64,000 bases of DNA, taken from positions 2,048,001-2,112,000 of the forward strand of contig OZ250172.1 in NCBI GenBank assembly GCA_965237905.1, written 5' to 3'. The position numbers were made by a program, and so were the translations under genes. Below, piece by piece: positions 58,775 to 64,000 of the stretch. The first letter of the stretch is position 1; each line of letters opens with the position of its first letter. Source of the DNA: Nitrospinaceae bacterium. GTDB taxonomy: Bacteria > Nitrospinota > Nitrospinia > Nitrospinales > Nitrospinaceae. The notes under the pieces are model-generated. The model was given only the letters and a program-made list of their open reading frames with translations, did not search any database and had not been told where the DNA came from.

Positions 58775-59446
58775 TTAATGAGTGGTGGCCCAGGGAAGCT
58801 GTTGGATCAGTGCCTCGAGCCTGGGACCTGCTTCGATTTGGCACGACTTTGGGTATGTGAAACGGTACTTCAGAAACCACTTCAAATCGTAAATAAAAAG
58901 TCGCAGTTCCGAGATATTGCCAGCCTCTCGATAGGAAAACGAGTTACCGTTCAGGATCGTGCCTTGAGCCGGGGTGGTGACAGAACCTACGACCTCCGAT
59001 TGCATTGAAGTATGAACTTGTTTAGTTACGGTTTTCGTTCGATCAAACTCATCGTTGAGCCACCCTTGGCTGACTGATGTGACTACGTCTCTTGGTGCTC
59101 CAATAAAGCTCATTCGGGGAGTTGGGTATACGTAAAAGGTCGCGATTATTTTACAGTTAGACCAATGATCGTTGTAGTTGAAGCCCACATCCAAGCCGGC
59201 TATGTCGAAAATCATGGCAGACGATCTCTGAAAGTTACCGTACACCTCGGAAAAATTCAAACCTGACGCTTCATGAAGGAGAGGCCCAGGGCGATTGAAG
59301 TTGATCGGCTGAGCGAGCGGTTGGGTGTCCGAATTGTGGTTGAGTTGATAGGTGTTTGGGCAACCAGATAGGAGAAGCGCACCTCCAAAAATCAGAAATA
59401 CTCTAAGGTGCTTAAGACAACCGTAAAGATTTTTACAAGTTTTCAT
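58775..59446 (-). CDS. Hypothetical lipoprotein
   Basis: Lipobox LSGC; GAGGGGG RBS; 223 aa. Confidence 0.7.
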   Translation of the reverse strand: MKTCKNLYGCLKHLRVFLIFGGALLLSGCPNTYQLNHNSDTQPLAQPINFNRPGPLLHEASGLNFSEVYGNFQRSSAMIFDIAGLDVGFNYNDHWSNCKIIATFYVYPTPRMSFIGAPRDVVTSVSQGWLNDEFDRTKTVTKQVHTSMQSEVVGSVTTPAQGTILNGNSFSYREAGNISELRLFIYDLKWFLKYRFTYPKSCQIEAGPRLEALIQQLPWATTH

Positions 59447-59475
59447 AACCCCCCCTCAGTGTCTATTTTATCGAG

Positions 59476-59608
59476 GTCACCCTTCGACAAGCTCAGGATG
59501 ACATAAAGGAGGGATCCCCCCGGCCCCCTTTACAAGGGGGAGCGAAATCAAAAACCACCCCTCACTTTAATCCGTCATCCTGTGGGTGCTCCCCATGCGG
59601 GGAGAGGA
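59476..59608. repeat. Cluster of three different REP-like hairpin repeats
   Basis: GTCACCCTTCGACAAGCTCAGGATGAC; ATCCCCCCGGCCCCCTTTACAAGGGGGAG (shared with 20173); CCCCTCAC...CTCCCC-ATGC-GGGGAGAGG. Confidence 0.65.
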
Positions 59609-59657
59609 TTTTTGATTTCCTCCGGGCGTGGCCCGGTTGGGTCCAGCGTCACGCTGG

Positions 59658-59927
59658 CTACAATTCCTTGCAGGTCACTTTGGTGGGTTGCATCATACCG
59701 CATTCCATGGATTCGGTCCGCCCATTCGCGGCGCCGGCGCAGGCAGTGCTGACGCCGTTTTGGATCATGTCGTTCTTATCCATTCCCTCGACATCCTGGC
59801 AAACTTCGATCCCGTTATAGGTGATGCACACGTTGCATTGGTGTGTACTGCCGGTCCAGATCAGCGAAATGGACAGGTAACCGATTACTCCCAGAAAGAC
59901 GATAGTCAGGACCGTGCCTTTTTTCAC
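59658..59927 (-). CDS. Small membrane-anchored Cys-rich protein
   Basis: N-terminal TM and six Cys; GTG start overlaps the orn stop; AGGAGG RBS. Confidence 0.75.
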   Translation of the reverse strand: MKKGTVLTIVFLGVIGYLSISLIWTGSTHQCNVCITYNGIEVCQDVEGMDKNDMIQNGVSTACAGAANGRTESMECGMMQPTKVTCKEL

Positions 59928-60520
59928 GATTCCTCCTGAGTCCCGGGATTCATTTCGGAGACTAATGAAGTGGGTTCGATGAAGAAATGATCCCGGTAAA
60001 AAATCAACTCTTCGATGGATTCCTGGATATCGATCAACGCTTTGTGTTCGTCGCTTTTTTTAGGAAGTTTGCGTCCACTGGGATACCAGCGCCGGATCAC
60101 CTCTTTGATGGAGGTGACGTCGACGTTCCGGTAATGCAGGTATTCACTCATCTTCGGCATGTATTTGTATAGAAACCGCCGGTCTTGCCCGACCGAGTTG
60201 CCGCACAAAGGCGCCGCTTTGTAGGGAACGTATTTTTTGATGAAATCGAGAGTGGCTTTCTCCGCTTCTTCGACGGTTATTTTGGAATCCTTGACTTTCT
60301 GAACCAGGCCCGAGGCGCTGTGAGTCCGCTGGTTCCATTCATCCATCCGGCTCAGGATTTCATCGTCCTGATGAATGACCAGGGAGGGTCCCTCTTCAAT
60401 GATATTCAAATGGCTGTCGGTAATGATGGTGGCAATTTCAATAATCACCTCGATATCCGGTTCCAGTCCGGTCATTTCGAGGTCCATCCATACCATGTTG
60501 TAGGAGTTCTGTTGACTCAT
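59924..60520 (-). CDS. orn: Oligoribonuclease
   Basis: WMDLEMTGL, IIEIATIITD, THSASGL, LCGNSVGQDRRFL, HYRNVDV, HKAL.DI.ES. Confidence 0.97.
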   Translation of the reverse strand: MSQQNSYNMVWMDLEMTGLEPDIEVIIEIATIITDSHLNIIEEGPSLVIHQDDEILSRMDEWNQRTHSASGLVQKVKDSKITVEEAEKATLDFIKKYVPYKAAPLCGNSVGQDRRFLYKYMPKMSEYLHYRNVDVTSIKEVIRRWYPSGRKLPKKSDEHKALIDIQESIEELIFYRDHFFIEPTSLVSEMNPGTQEES

Positions 60521-60571
60521 GTATTGTCCAATCTAGGGTCTCGCTCCGTTTATGGAGAATGGGCGACCCGG

Positions 60572-61486
60572 TTATTGCATCAGCGAAACCATGACCGCTT
60601 TCTGCAGGTGAAGTCTGTTTTCCGCTTGATCGAAGACGATAGACGCCGGACCGTCGATGACCGACGCGCTGACTTCCTCGCCGCGGTGCGCGGGCAGGCA
60701 ATGCATGAACACGGCTGACGGCTCGGCTGCTCGCATCATTTGTTCGTTAACGGTATAGCCGGACAAATCGTTCAGCCGTTTCTGTTGTTCTTTTTCCTGT
60801 CCCATACTGGTCCACACGTCGGTATACACGATATCCGCTCCGGCTACGCCTTCCTGAACATTTTCCGTTAAAACGACGTTCAGGTTTTTCGATTCGGCTT
60901 CTTCCCGGCTCATATCGAGCGCTTCCTTGGTGATCGTGTATCCCTTGGGACTCACCAGCGAAATGTGCAGGCCGAATTTGACGCAAGCGAACAAGAGGGA
61001 AACGGCGACGTTGTTGCTGTCTCCCGCATACGCCAGTTTGAGGCCTTCGAGTTTGCCGAATTTTTCCCGGATCGTCATCATATCCGCCAACGCCTGACAG
61101 GGATGATTGAAATCCGTGAGGCCATTGATGACGGGTACCGAAGAGTACTTGGCGAGGTCCAAGACATCGCTGTGGGAAAAGGTACGGATCATAATGCCAT
61201 CCAGAAACCGGGAGAGCACCTTGCCGGTATCGCTGATGGTTTCGCCCCGCGCCAACTGCATATCCTCCGGACCTAGGAACAAACCCATTCCGCCCAGTTG
61301 AAAAATGCCGACTTGGAAGGAAATCCGGGTGCGGGTGGACTTTTTATTGAAGATCATGCCCAGGGTTTTTCCCTTGAGCGCGCGATCGAACTCCTGCGGG
61401 GATTGTTTGATCCGGTCCGCCAGATCCAGCATGCCCGTCAACTCCGCCGAGGAAAAATCCGTTAATGCGATAAAATCTTTTTTCAT
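60572..61486 (-). CDS. argF: Ornithine carbamoyltransferase
   Basis: STRTR, HPCQ, DVWTSMG, HCLP, AENR. Confidence 0.96.
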   Translation of the reverse strand: MKKDFIALTDFSSAELTGMLDLADRIKQSPQEFDRALKGKTLGMIFNKKSTRTRISFQVGIFQLGGMGLFLGPEDMQLARGETISDTGKVLSRFLDGIMIRTFSHSDVLDLAKYSSVPVINGLTDFNHPCQALADMMTIREKFGKLEGLKLAYAGDSNNVAVSLLFACVKFGLHISLVSPKGYTITKEALDMSREEAESKNLNVVLTENVQEGVAGADIVYTDVWTSMGQEKEQQKRLNDLSGYTVNEQMMRAAEPSAVFMHCLPAHRGEEVSASVIDGPASIVFDQAENRLHLQKAVMVSLMQ

Positions 61487-61608
61487 AGGTAAATTTGGGC
61501 CAAGAGGCCCGCCGAGGGATCGCTAAAAAAAGTTATTTTACACGATATAACCGTTCAGGACCATCCGTGAGAAGGAAAAACCAAGGAAATTTAGGGGTTT
61601 GCCAGCCT

Positions 61609-62415
61609 TCAGGTAAGGGCCAGGGTGAGGCATTTGTTGGCGCCGCCCGCTTTCAGGAATTCGGAGACGGGTTGGATGATGGGTGTGTATCCTTTTTTTT
61701 CAAGTAGTTGTAGGAGCTCCGGACCGGCTTGATTCAGGAATAGGACCCGATCGACCAGCACTGCGTTGCATGCAAAATGGATGGCGTCTTCTTCAGAAAC
61801 GATGATCCGGTTTTTCGGCCGGACATGGGCTTCGATGGTTTTCAGGGATGCCGCGTCGAAAGCGGCGGGATAATACATGACCTGATCGTCCAGCAGAGGA
61901 CAGAAGCAGGTGTCGAGATGATAGAAACTGGGATGGATCAGGTGCAGGGACACCACTTCCAAGTCCAATTGTTCGGCCAGAAATTGATGGGTTTCCCGGT
62001 CGGTGCGGAAGCCGTAACCGGCCCACAATAGTTTCCGGCCGGGTTGTAACAGGGCGTCGCCCGCGCCCTCAAAAAACAGGTTTTTGGGAAGACCGGTGAT
62101 GCGGGCGGAGCGGGTTTCAAACCATTCCCGGAAGAGCGGTTCCTCCCGACGGCGCTCCTCATGCTTGAACCGGCTGGGAATGAAATGGCCGTCGATCATC
62201 AATCCGGCGTTAGCGGTAAACACCAGGTCGGGAACGTGTGTTTGCGGATCGATCAAATGGATTTCGGCCTGGTGCCCGAGGGCGTGGTAAAACTCGGTCC
62301 ATTGCCGCATGGCGACGGCGGAATCGACCTGGCCGATCTGGCCTTCCATCCAAGGGTTGATCGCGTAGCGGACCCCAAAATATTCCGGAGCGCACATTAA
62401 AACACTAGGCTTCAT
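61609..62415 (-). CDS. Amidinotransferase/pentein family enzyme, similar to the ArgZ/AgrE arginine dihydrolase N-terminal domain
   Basis: LMCAPEYFGVRYAINPWM, PDLVFTANAG, FEGAGD, FYHLDTCFCPL, FACNAV, EFLKAGGANKCLTL; GGAG RBS before ATG 62415. Confidence 0.85.
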   Translation of the reverse strand: MKPSVLMCAPEYFGVRYAINPWMEGQIGQVDSAVAMRQWTEFYHALGHQAEIHLIDPQTHVPDLVFTANAGLMIDGHFIPSRFKHEERRREEPLFREWFETRSARITGLPKNLFFEGAGDALLQPGRKLLWAGYGFRTDRETHQFLAEQLDLEVVSLHLIHPSFYHLDTCFCPLLDDQVMYYPAAFDAASLKTIEAHVRPKNRIIVSEEDAIHFACNAVLVDRVLFLNQAGPELLQLLEKKGYTPIIQPVSEFLKAGGANKCLTLALT

Positions 62416-62681
62416 ATCGAACTCCAAACAATGATCTTTTATATTAGATGAGAGATAAGGAGATTTGGTTTCGCTTGGATGGCAGGAATCGATTAGATAG
62501 AAAGTGACCCTGGGAAATGAAAAGGTAAGTTTAACAAAACGAACCGGGCAAGGCCTGGAACTAGTTTCGCTGGGGCGTCAGGCACAGGCCAGCATAACGC
62601 TGGTCCGAAATTCTGAATTGCGCTTAGGAGTTTTCGCTTGCCGTTACCGGTTAGCCAGCTCCCCCTCCGGGTAGGAGGGCG

Positions 62682-63341
62682 TTACAGGTTCAACTCTTTT
62701 TCGAAGACGGTGAAAACGGAGGACTCGTAGGTTTCACGCACTTTTTTGAGATTGTTGGTCCGCCACAGGTTGGAAAAATCCGGAGGGTACATCGCGAAGC
62801 CTTTGATCTGGCCGATCATGATTCGGACATGCTGGTACCAGCCAATGTTCTTTTGTGACTTGAACAGCTTTCGTACCTTGTGCAGTACCTGGACGGCCTC
62901 ATCCGGCTTCTGATCGCCAAACAGGCAGATTCCGTAGCCGACAAAGGCCAGCCCCTCGTCGGGCCTCATCGTCGTTGCTTTCAGATACGCCTGAGCCGCT
63001 CCGGCATACTGATGCGTGGTGCTCAGCATGTTGCCAAGGTTAAACTGGACGTCGTAATGATCGGGATGCGAGGCGGCCAAGGCCTTCGCGGATTTCAGCG
63101 CCTCACCGACATTGCCTGTCCTGGAGTAAGCGATGATTATTTTGATTTGCGCGTAAACGTGGAGTTTCTTTTCGGGCCGGGTTTGCAGGAACTTTTTCCA
63201 TTCCGGAATCGACTCGGCTATGAAACCCTGCCGGTCCAGCTTCAGGGCCTCCTGCAGGGGGGCATTCCCGGCAAGCAGGGTGTGCGGTCCGAGTCCGAGA
63301 ACCCAAAGCCCAACAATGATATGGATCACCAGTTTACGCAT
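62682..63341 (-). CDS. Secreted TPR-repeat protein
   Basis: Signal peptide; TPR units such as VQFNLGNML...AAQAYLKA..MRP. Confidence 0.8.
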   Translation of the reverse strand: MRKLVIHIIVGLWVLGLGPHTLLAGNAPLQEALKLDRQGFIAESIPEWKKFLQTRPEKKLHVYAQIKIIIAYSRTGNVGEALKSAKALAASHPDHYDVQFNLGNMLSTTHQYAGAAQAYLKATTMRPDEGLAFVGYGICLFGDQKPDEAVQVLHKVRKLFKSQKNIGWYQHVRIMIGQIKGFAMYPPDFSNLWRTNNLKKVRETYESSVFTVFEKELNL

Positions 63342-63355
63342 GGGTTCTTTCCAGT

Positions 63356-64000
63356 TCAGGCCACTTCCGCCGATTGTCCCGGGAACACGGGTTCGGAACG
63401 GATGAGGGGCTTCAGCGCTTTCTCAAGCTGTTTTTTAAATTTAGTTTCCTGTTTGATGATTTGATGGACGTCCTCCGGCCTCAAATAAAATACGTTCGAG
63501 GAGGTTCCATAATTGGAATGCAGAACCGCGCGCTGGATTTCCATGTTGAGCTCGGAGAAGACCTTGGTTTCCATCATGATCGTTCCCATAATATCATGCG
63601 TTTCCACTTTGACGGCTCGGCCGATAATGGAAACCTTGAGTTTGATGTCTTTGAATTTTTCCATTTCCAATTCCGTGGTGAGGGACCGGCCCTTGTAAAG
63701 GGTCGACAAGGGCATGCCGCCGACGAAAATCTGGCGCAGGTCTTCATTGATCTGCTTTTGCAGGTAGAAGAAATTGGAAAACTCGATGGGATTCCCCGCG
63801 ATGTCGCCGATCTTGAACACATCGAATACATTGTCGTCCAGAGTATGGATGTTCGCTTCCATAATGCTGAGATGGTTGAAAGCCAGCACCGTGGCGATTT
63901 TATACAGCAGGCCGGACTGGTCTTTGCAACAGACCACCAGTTCCGAAAGTTGTTCTGCTTTAAAAAATATCTCAGATGCAAACTGCTCCTGCGATTTCCG
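63356..64000 (-). CDS. ACT-domain-containing protein, C-terminal part (GlnD-like); 5' end outside window
   Basis: Frame is open to position 64000; KDQSGLLYKIATVL...SIMEANIHT...DVF is a GlnD-type ACT domain, followed by a degenerate second ACT. Confidence 0.7.
   Translation of the reverse strand, partial: RKSQEQFASEIFFKAEQLSELVVCCKDQSGLLYKIATVLAFNHLSIMEANIHTLDDNVFDVFKIGDIAGNPIEFSNFFYLQKQINEDLRQIFVGGMPLSTLYKGRSLTTELEMEKFKDIKLKVSIIGRAVKVETHDIMGTIMMETKVFSELNMEIQRAVLHSNYGTSSNVFYLRPEDVHQIIKQETKFKKQLEKALKPLIRSEPVFPGQSAEVA

Noticed and set aside
62430..62680. Guanidine/ykkC riboswitch before the amidinotransferase gene
   Set aside because: The only similar word (TGGTCCGA) is on the wrong strand, and the 3' AAAAGCCCGGG element is missing.

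Overview
Bacterial chromosomal window, mostly housekeeping and energy genes. The five-subunit 2-oxoacid:ferredoxin oxidoreductase operon (D-A-B-G-E order), the cytochrome c type and the many TPR proteins suggest a reductive-TCA chemolithoautotroph of the Nitrospina/Nitrospira type (inference, not verified). Recognisable blocks: alpha-2-macroglobulin (partial) with pbpC; cold-shock protein; modABC with a ModE-type box; rpsU and rlmB; an AsmA/YhdP-like protein; oadA-oadB-oadG; trkAH; hflKC; pcm; mltA and rnhA; the for-type operon; a second alpha-2-macroglobulin behind an LMW-PTP/fructosamine-kinase pair; purBC; orn; argF with an ArgZ-like amidinotransferase; and an ACT-domain gene running off the right edge. 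Best novelty candidates: (1) an AT-rich three-gene module at 4375-5932, just after a 3' half of tRNA-Leu (att-like). It encodes an MqsR-like toxin, an MqsA-like Zn-finger/HTH antitoxin with a ~100 aa extra tail, and a translationally coupled DUF6941-like protein, so it may be a new TAC-like defence module with a non-SecB third partner. (2) A sigma54-type promoter driving a 72-aa ORF flanked by hairpins with anti-Shine-Dalgarno-like UUCC loops. (3) A stand-alone ArgZ-like enzyme beside argF. (4) A cytochrome c with possible His/Cys ligation. (5) A Lys-rich secreted protein built from repeated amphipathic helices. No CRISPR array, rRNA, intact tRNA, integrase or transposase was seen. All family calls come from motif recognition by eye.
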